Virus record (IMG/VR): IMGVR_UViG_3300044728_000197
Coordinates: 1 to 63,358 of that record
From: a virus
Lineage: Duplodnaviria; Caudoviricetes
Reading direction: 5' to 3' (one strand)
Length of the DNA: 63,358 nt
Below the pieces are notes generated by a model. It had not been told where the DNA came from. It saw only the letters and a list, made by a program, of their open reading frames with translations, and did not search any database. The translations under genes and the position numbers were made by a program. Shown one piece after another: positions 1 to 8,130 of this stretch (positions are counted from its first letter, which is position 1; each line of letters starts with the position of its first letter).

Positions 1-106
1 CTGCCGAGCCGGATCAGTTTTTCAAACGAAGATAGCCCCCCCGGGTCCCCCCGATGCCCTATCCCCCGGGCGGGCGGGCGAGCGCGATTCGTGCTGATCT
101 GGGGCG

Positions 107-448
107 TCATCGAGCGATCGGAGGGGCTGCAAGCATGCGGCGCCGATTCTCCTCTGCCGTCTTGCTTGCGTGGTGCGCCCTGCAGAGGAGTTCTTGGTTC
201 TCCTTGGCATTCGTGCCGAAATCGTCGAGGGAGACGATGTGGTCGACGTCGTAACCTGCCCGGACGATGCCCTCGCGCTTGCACGCCTGGCAGAGGAAGC
301 CGTCCCGCTCTCGGATCTCCTTCCTCATCTGCTCGCCCTGCCATCCGGAGAGGCGCTCGGTCTTGGCGGGGCCTGTGACCTTGGGAGGGAGGGAGCCGAG
401 AGCCCTGGGCTGGAGGGCTCGGAGGGGGTGGCGCTTGGGGGCTGCCAT
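107..448 (-). CDS. HNH endonuclease, terminase-associated (HK97 gp74-like)
   Basis: RDGFLCQAC...DVDHIVSL...GTNAKENQELLCRAHH; sits at the genome end. Confidence 0.9.
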   Translation of the reverse strand: MAAPKRHPLRALQPRALGSLPPKVTGPAKTERLSGWQGEQMRKEIRERDGFLCQACKREGIVRAGYDVDHIVSLDDFGTNAKENQELLCRAHHASKTAEENRRRMLAAPPIAR

Positions 449-699
449 CAGAGCGGGGCCTCGCTGGGCTGGGCCCTGGGTCGATAGCCGCCGAGCACCC
501 TGACCCGCAGCCCCTGGCCGAGCACGACCGCTTTACCGCTGGCTCGCGCCTCCTCCCATTGTCGGGACAGACGCTCGGCCTGCTCTGCGCTCATGGACTG
601 ATCGGCCTCGAGCACGACCATGTCGTCTGGGCCCACCTCATGGAACCACGCCTCCCTTGATAGGAGGCCCTGCCACCAACGTCTGAGCGCACTCGCCAT
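448..699 (-). CDS. hypothetical protein
   Basis: 83-aa ORF abutting the HNH gene in the same operon. Confidence 0.6.
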   Translation of the reverse strand: MASALRRWWQGLLSREAWFHEVGPDDMVVLEADQSMSAEQAERLSRQWEEARASGKAVVLGQGLRVRVLGGYRPRAQPSEAPL

Positions 700-711
700 G
701 TGGGGATGCCC

Positions 712-987
712 TCAGGGCTTGCCGATGTTGACGCTGACCGAGGGGGCAGGCGCCGGGGTCGGTGCTGGTTCGGGGGCAGGGGCCGGCGTGGTTGCCGGTG
801 CTGGTGCCGGGCCGGGCGCGTGGGCAGGGGTGCCGACCACGACCTTCGGGCCGGGCTGGGTCGAGGCGGCGACCGCATCGGCGACCTCATGGCTGAGCCG
901 GTCGACCTTGTCCGGATCGACCGCGGGGGTGGGGATGATCGTGGTCACGGGTGGCCTTTCGTGGGGGAAAGTGGGAGCGGCGAGCAT
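712..987 (-). CDS. Pro/Ala-rich hypothetical protein
   Basis: PAPAP repeats; co-oriented with neighbours. Confidence 0.5.
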   Translation of the reverse strand: MLAAPTFPHERPPVTTIIPTPAVDPDKVDRLSHEVADAVAASTQPGPKVVVGTPAHAPGPAPAPATTPAPAPEPAPTPAPAPSVSVNIGKP

Positions 988-996
988 AGCCCGCGC

Positions 997-1233
997 TCAG
1001 GAGTAGCGCATCCAGAACCATGCGTCAACGGGCGACGGCTGCGGGGTCGTCCGCGCACCGCGCCATTGGCAGACCCATGCGCCACCGCTCCGGTAGAGCA
1101 GCGGCTTCCGCGCCGCCAAGCGCCGGCGTCTCAGCCACTGGCCGATCGCGCTGAAAACGCAGAGATCGACGAGCCTGCGCTCGCCGCAGTGCCAGACGCG
1201 GGCCCGATGGCCGAGGGCGGCGTCGAGCCTCAC
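997..1233 (-). CDS. hypothetical protein
   Basis: Overlaps the upstream stop by 4 nt. Confidence 0.4.
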   Translation of the reverse strand: MRLDAALGHRARVWHCGERRLVDLCVFSAIGQWLRRRRLAARKPLLYRSGGAWVCQWRGARTTPQPSPVDAWFWMRYS

Positions 1234-1580
1234 TTCGGACGCCAGCGGAACGCCGCCTGCGTGAACTCCTCATTCGCGAGCTGGTGCCGATTCATTCGCT
1301 CGAAGATTTCGTCGCCGGGCTGTTGCTTCTCGTCGCCGACGCGCCGCCTGTAGGTGAGTTGGCTCTCGGCCATGTCGAGGCCCGGGAGCGGGGCGAACTG
1401 CTCGGCCGCGATGAGGGCGACCGCCTGCGCGATCTCCTGCCACTGCGCAGGGCAGATCGCCGCGGAGCTCGGCGGCATGATCGCGCCCTGGCGCTCGGCG
1501 ACGGCGATGAAGACGCGGCGGAAGAGGAGGGCCTGCTCGAGGTTCAGGCGCGGCGGCGGGTCTGGGATCTGGGCGGTCAT
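1230..1580 (-). CDS. hypothetical protein
   Basis: Start re-called at MTAQIPDP, which overlaps the upstream stop (ATGA). Confidence 0.55.
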   Translation of the reverse strand: MTAQIPDPPPRLNLEQALLFRRVFIAVAERQGAIMPPSSAAICPAQWQEIAQAVALIAAEQFAPLPGLDMAESQLTYRRRVGDEKQQPGDEIFERMNRHQLANEEFTQAAFRWRPK

Positions 1581-1819
1581 GGGGCGATCTCCTTCGGCCT
1601 GAGCCAGTGAACGACGAAGCCTCTCCACCATCCCCAGGCATAGAGCAGGCTCAGGGCGAAGATGCCCCACTGCTCCGCCGCATAGGTCTCGGCGAACCAG
1701 AAGGGCTGCGAGCACAGCCCGAAGATGCAGGCCCAGCGGCGGCGCTCGGCGCTCTCGCTCTGGGTCAGCCATATCGCGGTGACGCCGCAGACGGCGATTC
1801 CGACCTGGGTGGCGATCAA
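1577..1819 (-). CDS. small membrane protein
   Basis: About three hydrophobic segments; coupled to the MTase stop. Confidence 0.65.
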   Translation of the reverse strand: MIATQVGIAVCGVTAIWLTQSESAERRRWACIFGLCSQPFWFAETYAAEQWGIFALSLLYAWGWWRGFVVHWLRPKEIAP

Positions 1820-2682
1820 TTCATGGCTCCGTCGGCTGCTCGGATGAAAGCCGCCGCTGCCTGAGGGACGATGCAGTTTCCGTAGGCGCGCAGTCGTCCC
1901 ACTCGGGCGGTAGCCCCATGAGCCAGCGGGAATGTGCCGGGTTCAACTGGCCGACGGCGCCCGTCTTTGCCTTCGACCCACTCGCTAGCGGACCAAAAAG
2001 ATGAGCCGCGTTCGTCAGCTCTTCCCAGACCTTGCCCGGCCGCGCTCCAGCAGAACCTCTCGCATCGCTCGCCTTCGGCGTCGGCCACGCACAGAGTCGA
2101 GCCGCATCGAGCAATGTCGTCCCCTGATTGCCGGTCATCATGTAGCCGTGACGCGCCGAGTTCCTCGCGTCTTCCTTGACCGGCGTCGGCCCCGAAGTAG
2201 ACGCGGGGTCTGCCGTGGGGCGCGCCAACGCCTGCAGCTGGCAGATTCGCCGCCGCGACGGCGTAATCTGCTGCTTCCAGGTCAGCGCATACAGCATCGA
2301 GCCACGCGAGGCCGTCGCCTCCTGCAACTTGCTCCCCAAAGACAATTGCAGGCGCGCACTCGCGGACGAGCCGCTGCCATGCCGGCCATAGGTGGCGCTC
2401 GTCTTCATGCCCTTTGCCTTTCCCGGCAGTGCTGAAGGGCTGGCAGGGGCAAGAGCCTGTCCAAACAGGTCGGTCATCTGGCCATCCGGCCAGGCGCAGG
2501 GCGTAGCTCCAGACGCCGATGCCGGCGAAGAAATGGCACTGCTGGTATCGGCGCAGCTCGTCAGGCTCGAGGTCGACGATGCTTCGGCGATCGACGACTC
2601 CGGGGGCGATGTGTCCAGCATGAATGAGGTTCTCCAGCCATGTCGCGGCGTAGTCGTCGATCTCGTTGTAGAACGCGGTCAC
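1816..2682 (-). CDS. DNA (cytosine-5) methyltransferase, large subunit
   Basis: Motif I FFAGIG, motif [11 protein letters not shown], motif VI GEQV, motif VIII PHGRPR, motif [12 protein letters not shown]. Confidence 0.9.
   Translation of the reverse strand: MTAFYNEIDDYAATWLENLIHAGHIAPGVVDRRSIVDLEPDELRRYQQCHFFAGIGVWSYALRLAGWPDDRPVWTGSCPCQPFSTAGKGKGHEDERHLWPAWQRLVRECAPAIVFGEQVAGGDGLAWLDAVCADLEAADYAVAAANLPAAGVGAPHGRPRVYFGADAGQGRREELGASRLHDDRQSGDDIARCGSTLCVADAEGERCERFCWSAAGQGLGRADERGSSFWSASEWVEGKDGRRRPVEPGTFPLAHGATARVGRLRAYGNCIVPQAAAAFIRAADGAMN
1821..2621 (-). CDS. overlapping alternative-frame ORF, putative small subunit of the C5 MTase (true start uncertain)
   Basis: Fully nested, same strand, different frame; carries the motif-IX-like [18 protein letters not shown] that the main frame lacks. 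Confidence 0.6.
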   Translation of the reverse strand: MLDTSPPESSIAEASSTSSLTSCADTSSAISSPASASGATPCAWPDGQMTDLFGQALAPASPSALPGKAKGMKTSATYGRHGSGSSASARLQLSLGSKLQEATASRGSMLYALTWKQQITPSRRRICQLQALARPTADPASTSGPTPVKEDARNSARHGYMMTGNQGTTLLDAARLCAWPTPKASDARGSAGARPGKVWEELTNAAHLFGPLASGSKAKTGAVGQLNPAHSRWLMGLPPEWDDCAPTETASSLRQRRLSSEQPTEP

Positions 2683-3242
2683 GGCGCGCCCTTCTCGAGC
2701 GCCTTCAGCCGCGCCCGATAGTCGTCCCGGATCGCCTTCAGCTCCTCGGCCCGGTAGCGCTTCGGCTCATGCGGGCCCTCGAGCCAGGCGACATTGACGA
2801 CGCCGATGCGGCGGATCAGCTCGATGCGGAAGCGGATCAGGTTGCCGCTCAGGAAGTCGTTACAGCGTGAACATTGTTTGTGCACGTTCAGCGGCTCGAA
2901 GCGAAGCTCCGGCCGTGCGCCCACGGTGAGGTAGTGGCCAGCGTCCCACTGCGGCGCCGTCAACGTGCCGCAGGAGATGCAGGGCTGGTTCGCATCGCGC
3001 GCGCGGCACCAGGCGTTGAACGCCGTCTGCGCCTGCTTCGTCCAGTAGCTGAGCGGGCGCATCTCCTCGATCCGCTCCCGGATCCGCTTCTTCTCGGCTC
3101 GGGCCTGCTGACGGGCCAGGATCGGGACGCGGCGGGCGCAGCTCAGACCGCAGACGCGCTGCAGGGGCTGGCGCTGGTCGAAGGCGTCGCCGCAGACCAT
3201 GCAGGCCCGACGGCGCGGATCGGATATCGACGAGGCGATCAT
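2679..3242 (-). CDS. ninG: NinG/Rap-family recombination endonuclease
   Basis: CxxC...VC...AQTAFNAWCRARD..PCISCG...WDAGHY...LRF...NVHKQCSRCN..LSGNL. Confidence 0.88.
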   Translation of the reverse strand: MIASSISDPRRRACMVCGDAFDQRQPLQRVCGLSCARRVPILARQQARAEKKRIRERIEEMRPLSYWTKQAQTAFNAWCRARDANQPCISCGTLTAPQWDAGHYLTVGARPELRFEPLNVHKQCSRCNDFLSGNLIRFRIELIRRIGVVNVAWLEGPHEPKRYRAEELKAIRDDYRARLKALEKGAP

Positions 3243-3562
3243 TGACTGGCGCCGAGGACGAACCGGCGATCCTCATCATCGATCGTCGTCGCATCGATGA
3301 ATGTCGGGGGCTCGATTGTGATGATGCCGCCCGGGCGCATCGAAGAATAGCGCCCCTCCCATTTATCGCGAAGCGCTCTGCATTCGGCCGCGCTGAGAGT
3401 GCGATTGGTGGCCAAGACTGCGACGGGCCTCCCGACCTCAGGCGCAGCGCGCCGGCAGTAGCTGCAGCGCAGCGCCTGGCGCTCAAGCGGGGCGCCGCAG
3501 CCCTCGCAGCTCGTCGCAGCGGCGCGCGCGATCGCCGGAGCAGGAGGCGGGCTCCAGCCCAT
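3239..3562 (-). CDS. Zn-ribbon hypothetical protein
   Basis: Start re-called at MGWSPP; CEGCGAPL...CSYC. Confidence 0.6.
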   Translation of the reverse strand: MGWSPPPAPAIARAAATSCEGCGAPLERQALRCSYCRRAAPEVGRPVAVLATNRTLSAAECRALRDKWEGRYSSMRPGGIITIEPPTFIDATTIDDEDRRFVLGASQ

Positions 3563-3810
3563 CACTCGTCCACCAGCCTCGACGCCTCGAAGTCGCGCCG
3601 CTTCTTGTCGGCCCGCTGCGCCTTCGCCCTGTCGGCCGCCTCGATCCGCTTCGTCACCGCAGTCCACTCGGGGCGCGGAACGAGGCAGAAGTCGCCGAGC
3701 TCCTGGAAGGGCATGTCCCGGAACTTGGCTACCCCGCCGATCATGTCGAACTTCTGCAGGATGGCCTTGCCGAAGAGGCGGTCCCGGCGGACGCGGAAGA
3801 CGGCGCTCAC
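3562..3810 (-). CDS. hypothetical protein
   Basis: Coupled ORF in the minus-strand operon. Confidence 0.55.
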   Translation of the reverse strand: MSAVFRVRRDRLFGKAILQKFDMIGGVAKFRDMPFQELGDFCLVPRPEWTAVTKRIEAADRAKAQRADKKRRDFEASRLVDE

Positions 3811-4007
3811 CGGAACTCCCCGGGCGCCGTGTCGCGGTCGAGCGCGGGATGGTATTCGCGCACCTTCCGCTCTTGCGCGCTCGCCTGGCGCCGGCCGATC
3901 TCGAGCCCGGCCCGGAAGAACCGACGGCAGATGTCTCGCTGCCGGTCGCTGAGGTTGTGCTCGTGCGCCAGGGCGTCAAAGCTCGTCGGGGTGTCGTCGT
4001 CAGGCAT
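3807..4007 (-). CDS. hypothetical protein
   Basis: Coupled ORF. Confidence 0.55.
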   Translation of the reverse strand: MPDDDTPTSFDALAHEHNLSDRQRDICRRFFRAGLEIGRRQASAQERKVREYHPALDRDTAPGEFR

Positions 4008-4185
4008 GCGCGGGCTCCTCGTGCGCGTTCAGGTAGTCGATCTGTTCCGGGGTCAGCTGCTCGTTCTGCGCCAGCGTCTTCCTCGCCCAATGCAGCAGCG
4101 GGATCGTCAGCGGCGCGCCCTCGCGCTGGAAGCAGCAGAGCATGAAGGCGATCTCGATCGTCTCGCTGGCCAGGGCGGTTCTCAT
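4000..4185 (-). CDS. hypothetical protein
   Basis: Coupled ORF. Confidence 0.55.
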   Translation of the reverse strand: MRTALASETIEIAFMLCCFQREGAPLTIPLLHWARKTLAQNEQLTPEQIDYLNAHEEPAHA

Positions 4186-4433
4186 GGCGAAGGCCCGTCG
4201 AGGCGCTCGAAGTAGGCCCGGCCTTCCTGCTCGGTCTCGAAGAACTCAAAGGGGATGCCATCGTCGCCCTCGGCCATCTCCAGGAGCACCGGGACAGTCT
4301 CGCCCTTCTCGACCGCAGCCGCTCCGAGCAGCTCGCGGGCGAAGGCGATGACCTCCTCGTCCCGCGGGCGCATGTCGAAGGGGTCGAGGACTTGGTGCCG
4401 CTTCGCCATCGTGAGGATGTCGTCGTCGGTCAT
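4182..4433 (-). CDS. hypothetical protein
   Basis: Start re-called at MTDDDIL (ATGA overlap). Confidence 0.55.
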   Translation of the reverse strand: MTDDDILTMAKRHQVLDPFDMRPRDEEVIAFARELLGAAAVEKGETVPVLLEMAEGDDGIPFEFFETEQEGRAYFERLDGPSP

Positions 4434-4753
4434 ACCCGCACCGTTGCTTTCGGATGCGCGAGGCATGCCCCATGCAGCCATTCGAGGGTCTCGACAGCCC
4501 CGTCGTAGTCGCCCCAGCCGTTCGGCGGATTCAGGGCCTCATGGCCCGCCTTGTCGACTCGCATCCGCTCCAGGCCTGTCGCGACAATCGGCGCCGCTTG
4601 CGCCCCGGTCATGCCATCGAGATCGCGGAGCGGGCATCCGAGCGCACGCTGGAACATCGGCGCTAGGTTGTAGGTTGGATTGCGGTAATCGCCGGTGACG
4701 CAGGCCGGATACTCGCCGCCAGTGTCGATCACGAGACGCATGTCGTAGCTCAT
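4430..4753 (-). CDS. conserved phage hypothetical protein
   Basis: MSYDMRL...NPTYNLAPMF...LNPPNGWGDYDGA...HPKA is a motif set recurrent in phage proteins. Confidence 0.7.
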   Translation of the reverse strand: MSYDMRLVIDTGGEYPACVTGDYRNPTYNLAPMFQRALGCPLRDLDGMTGAQAAPIVATGLERMRVDKAGHEALNPPNGWGDYDGAVETLEWLHGACLAHPKATVRV

Positions 4754-4784
4754 GCCGCCCCCGCTGGCTTGCGCTTCGGGACGC

Positions 4785-4970
4785 TCATTGCAGCACCTGG
4801 GACGGAAGGAGCCAGTCGTAGGGCCCCGGCGCCGGAACATGATCCGCCGGCCTGCCGATCCGGCTCGAGATGTCGCCGGTGCTTCGCAGGGCGCGAGCGA
4901 TCAGCGCGCCCGAAATGTCCTCCCCGTCACGCGCGAGAGCGAGGAGGCGGTTCGCCTCGGCCTTACTCAT
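4785..4970 (-). CDS. hypothetical protein
   Basis: [10 protein letters not shown]...ALRSTGDI. Confidence 0.5.
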   Translation of the reverse strand: MSKAEANRLLALARDGEDISGALIARALRSTGDISSRIGRPADHVPAPGPYDWLLPSQVLQ

Positions 4971-5127
4971 GGCCGCCCGCCGCCAGATCGTGGCAGGCCG
5001 CAACCACGCCCGGGTCGGTCGTCGTGCCGCAGACGCTCGGCACCGACAGGCTCGGGAGCGCCGAAGCCCCGAAGACTGCCGCTGCCAGGAGAGCGCCGAT
5101 CGCGATGTAGGCCTGCCACAGCTTCAT
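4963..5127 (-). CDS. small exported/membrane protein with a Cys pair
   Basis: [23 protein letters not shown] is signal-like; its ATG overlaps the pilin stop (ATGA). Confidence 0.6.
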   Translation of the reverse strand: MKLWQAYIAIGALLAAAVFGASALPSLSVPSVCGTTTDPGVVAACHDLAAGGHE

Positions 5128-6035
5128 GGCCGGCACTGCGCAGGGCGGAACTTCGGCGCCAGCGTCCCGCCCGAGCAGGACCAATCGACCGACGACGGAG
5201 GAACCGTGCCCGCGGCAAGAGGAGCCGATGCCGAGCTGGGCGCCAGGATGATCGTATTCGCTCCCGTCGCGCCGCCGGCCTTGGGCGTGTAGGTGATCTC
5301 GACCTGCCCTGTCGTCGGCGCGATCGTGACGCTTGCGACGTTCGTGGTCGCGCCTGGCGCAGACCAGCCCGAGCCGAGATCGCTGGACCCGCTCGAGGCG
5401 TTCTCGGAGACGGCGACCTTCGCAGCTGCTGCGAGGGATAGGCCCTCGGTTACTCGGGCTCGGACGGTGTAGTCCTGATACGCAGGGAGCGCGACGGCGG
5501 CGAGGATGCCAATAATTGCCACCACAATCATGAGCTCGATGAGCGTGAACCCGAGCTGGACGGTCTTCCAGGATTTGTTGCGGACGATGCGATAGACGTG
5601 GTCGTTGGTCATGTTCATTTCCTTTGCGATATCGGACTGACGATGCCCCTGCGCGAAGAGGCGGCGGACTAGAAGGACGAGATCGTTCGTCAAGATTGCG
5701 TTGGGGTGCTTCTCTCCTCGCAACTTGATCTCCTTGTTCACACGACCCTTGCTGCTCGCGTCCCGCAGGTTGTCGCGCTGCGTCCCGATAAAGATGTGCG
5801 CCGGATTTACGCAGCCCGGGTTATCGCATCGGTGGCAGGCGTTCATCTCCGCAGGAATGGGGCCAACGGTTTGCTCGTAGAGCCAGCGATGCGCCAAGAC
5901 ATCGCGCGTTCCGTCGTAGAAGCCTCCGTAGCCGTACTGGTTTTTCCAGCCGGTCCACTCGATGCAGCCCGAAGGGTCGGGGCGACACTTCTCGTCGAAT
6001 CTGTCACGAACTGTCGTCGGTTTGCGCCCGCTCAT
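5124..6035 (-). CDS. HNH homing endonuclease fused to a type IVa major pilin (303 aa)
   Basis: Residues 1-~158: [33 protein letters not shown] plus an HTH. Residues 163-303: G|[36 protein letters not shown]...WSC...C. The start overlaps the upstream stop (ATGA). Confidence 0.9.
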   Translation of the reverse strand: MSGRKPTTVRDRFDEKCRPDPSGCIEWTGWKNQYGYGGFYDGTRDVLAHRWLYEQTVGPIPAEMNACHRCDNPGCVNPAHIFIGTQRDNLRDASSKGRVNKEIKLRGEKHPNAILTNDLVLLVRRLFAQGHRQSDIAKEMNMTNDHVYRIVRNKSWKTVQLGFTLIELMIVVAIIGILAAVALPAYQDYTVRARVTEGLSLAAAAKVAVSENASSGSSDLGSGWSAPGATTNVASVTIAPTTGQVEITYTPKAGGATGANTIILAPSSASAPLAAGTVPPSSVDWSCSGGTLAPKFRPAQCRP

Positions 6036-6559
6036 AGATGCTCGCTCAGGTAGTCGGCGACCCGCTTGGCCGTCATCCGCATCGACCCCTCGAGCTTCGC
6101 GCGATCGGCGGCGGAGTCCGGAGGAGGATTCGCCTGGGCGTGCGCGATCGCCTGCAGCTGCGCCGCGCTGAGGCGCTCGCCGGCAGCCCGCTTCGCGAGG
6201 AGATCGTCCAGCCATGCGCGGGGCGTCCGGTCCTTCTGCATGTCGTGCAGGCGCTGGAGCTCGGCAGCGAGGCGGCGACGGTCTGGGACGACCGGCTTGC
6301 TTTTGAGGAGCGGCAGCGTCTCCGGCGCGGGCGGCGCGCGGCGGCAGATCTCCCGGAACTGGCCCGCCGTCGGCGGGAAGTCGAGCGGCAGGTTTTCGAG
6401 CGCGTAGTCGATCGAGTGCGCCGGGCAATAGGTCAGCTCCTTCTGCCAGTCCTTCTGAACGACCTCGGCGTCGACGCCGGCCCACTTTGCCCGCCAGGCC
6501 GAGCCATAGCGCGCGAGGAGGCGGGCGTGGATGATCTCAATCGTGGTCAAGTCGGCCAT
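6032..6559 (-). CDS. replication protein, lambda P-like (helicase loader)
   Basis: YGSAWRAKW...W..EL...[13 protein letters not shown]; lies downstream of the O-like gene. Confidence 0.65.
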   Translation of the reverse strand: MADLTTIEIIHARLLARYGSAWRAKWAGVDAEVVQKDWQKELTYCPAHSIDYALENLPLDFPPTAGQFREICRRAPPAPETLPLLKSKPVVPDRRRLAAELQRLHDMQKDRTPRAWLDDLLAKRAAGERLSAAQLQAIAHAQANPPPDSAADRAKLEGSMRMTAKRVADYLSEHL

Positions 6560-6917
6560 GAGTCGGCTCCATGTCGATGATCTCTGCGCTGGGCTTCTCA
6601 GCAGCCCGGCCTCCGCCCCATCGGGCAGCGTCGGCGCGGACCAGGGCGGCGTCGCGCTCGCGGAAGGACAGGACGACGCCGTTCGCCTTGCGCTCCTGCG
6701 GCTTCGGATCGAATACGCCGGCCCAGCCCCACTCGACGGAATTGTCCAGCGCCTGGTTCGGATCGAGCCCGCGGAGCTTCATGTCCAGGAGCTTCTGCCG
6801 GATGATCTTCTCGGCGCGCGGCGTCATCGGCTTCTTGAGAATCTTACGAGAGGCGACGAAGCCGGCCCAGGCCTCGGCGTCGAGCCAGTCTCCGAAGAGG
6901 TCGAGGGTCTCGCTCAT
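6537..6917 (-). CDS. replication protein resembling the C-terminal domain of lambda O-like initiators
   Basis: WLDAEAWAGFVASRK..KKPMT...LDNSVEWGWAGVF. Confidence 0.65.
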   Translation of the reverse strand: MSETLDLFGDWLDAEAWAGFVASRKILKKPMTPRAEKIIRQKLLDMKLRGLDPNQALDNSVEWGWAGVFDPKPQERKANGVVLSFRERDAALVRADAARWGGGRAAEKPSAEIIDMEPTHGRLDHD

Positions 6918-7204
6918 TCGGCGCCGCGCGTGACGCGCAGGACCCACTGGCAGAGGAAGCGGATCTGGTAGGTCTCGATCTCGCCGTGGCCGGTCTTGGC
7001 CCACTCGTTGATCTCGATGGCCACTGCCCGAGCCTCTGCTGCGCTGATCGGGATAACGTCGAGCGGGGGCGGCGGAGGGTCTGGCGCGCGCTTCTCAGGC
7101 GGAGGCGTCATGTCCGTCGGCCGCCACGCCGGAATCGACTCGCCTCGATTCATCCGACGAGAGATATCCGTCTCGAATCGAGGACCCTTGAAGCCCTTGC
7201 TCAT
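6914..7204 (-). CDS. hypothetical protein
   Basis: Start re-called at MSKGFKG; purine-rich RBS upstream. Confidence 0.5.
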   Translation of the reverse strand: MSKGFKGPRFETDISRRMNRGESIPAWRPTDMTPPPEKRAPDPPPPPLDVIPISAAEARAVAIEINEWAKTGHGEIETYQIRFLCQWVLRVTRGAE

Positions 7205-7431
7205 CTCTTGCTCTCCCCTTTTCCGGGCAGGCTTGAGCGGTCCCAGCCTTAGCCGGGAACCTTCAGAGATCATCCGTTCAGGAATCGCTCGCCCGCCAGC
7301 CGTTCGGGTCGAGGGCGCTAGCTTCGCCACCCCCCTGCGCGCTGTCGCAGACCCTGAGCCACCGGTAGCGCTTCTCGCTGGGGCCGCCGTTGCTTTCATT
7401 GCCCGGCCACCAGCCAGTCCCGGAAAAGCAA

Positions 7432-7526
7432 AGGCCCTCGGTCTCTGCTCTCCCTGCTGGCACAGGCTGCCCATCGAAGGGCTGAGAGCAGAAGCCGAGG
7501 GCCTCGTGCCTCCACCGTGCCAGCAG
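7432..7526 (-). ncRNA. candidate c4/CI-like cloverleaf antisense RNA with adjacent target site
   Basis: 21-bp near-perfect stem (7432-7452/7484-7504) enclosing two hairpins; 7454-7463 is perfectly complementary to 7517-7526; strand inferred from the operon. Confidence 0.55.
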
Positions 7527-7551
7527 CGGACAGATCGGAGCATAGCGCAGG

Positions 7552-7806
7552 TCAGCCCGCGTTGAAAGGGGTCCGCCGCTTCGACAGCGGCCCGGCCTTG
7601 TGCTGCAGGGCGTTTGCGTTGGCTCGGGTGATGGCCAGGGCGGCGATCTGGGCGGGCGATGCCAGATACGGGCGATCGAGCGGGGTCGGGTGCCAGCCCG
7701 GGGGCCACTCGGCGCCTCGGACGGGATCGATCGGGAAGGGATAGAAGCGCCGGCCGGCTTCCCAGCGCTCGAGGATCAGCGCGGCGGCAGCTGCGGCGGC
7801 CGTCAT
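7552..7806 (-). CDS. hypothetical protein
   Basis: Start overlaps the cro stop (ATGA). Confidence 0.45.
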   Translation of the reverse strand: MTAAAAAAALILERWEAGRRFYPFPIDPVRGAEWPPGWHPTPLDRPYLASPAQIAALAITRANANALQHKAGPLSKRRTPFNAG

Positions 7807-7988
7807 GTCGGCGGCGCCGTGAGCCGCGAGCGCGGGAACCACTCGGGCCGGAGCTTGCGGAGCTCGTCGATGCGAGCCTCTGGCCAGCCGTTCTTCATCC
7901 AGCCCTGGACCGCCTGGCGCTTGAGCCCATAGGCCCGGGCGAGCGCGCTGACGGAGCCGGCCTTCTTCAATGCGGTTTCGATCTTCAT
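7803..7988 (-). CDS. cro: Cro/YdaS-like HTH regulator
   Basis: 61 aa, AGSVSALARAYGLKRQAVQGW...PEARI; first gene of the leftward operon. Confidence 0.85.
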   Translation of the reverse strand: MKIETALKKAGSVSALARAYGLKRQAVQGWMKNGWPEARIDELRKLRPEWFPRSRLTAPPT

Positions 7989-7996
7989 GGCCGGCG

Positions 7997-8025
7997 ATTC
8001 TGCCCGCTAGCTTGCGCCCCTGCAA
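7997..8025 (-). promoter_or_regulatory. sigma70-like promoter for cro (nearly leaderless mRNA)
   Basis: TTGCAG-N17-CAGAAT ending 8 nt before the cro ATG. Confidence 0.6.
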
Positions 8026-8065
8026 GGGGGAGGCGCGAAATAATTCCATAAAATCGTGCGAAAGG

Positions 8066-8096
8066 GCTTGCATGCAAGCGCAGACGGTGGCAAAGT
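8066..8096 (+). promoter_or_regulatory. sigma70-like early promoter overlapped by a palindromic operator
   Basis: TTGCAT-N17-CAAAGT; 14-bp palindrome GCTTGCATGCAAGC at 8066-8079. Confidence 0.65.
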
Positions 8097-8130
8097 CGCT
8101 CCTGTCAACCAGCCCAAACCGGAGCCCGAC

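Noticed and set aside
6036-6485. N-terminal extension of the 453-aa ORF 5124-6485
   Set aside because: It overlaps the P-like gene in another frame and is low-complexity Arg/Pro/Ala. The ATGA-coupled start at 6035 fits better.
7432-7504. Cloverleaf as a tRNA
   Set aside because: It has only two inner hairpins, an over-long stem and no TTC T-loop or CCA end.
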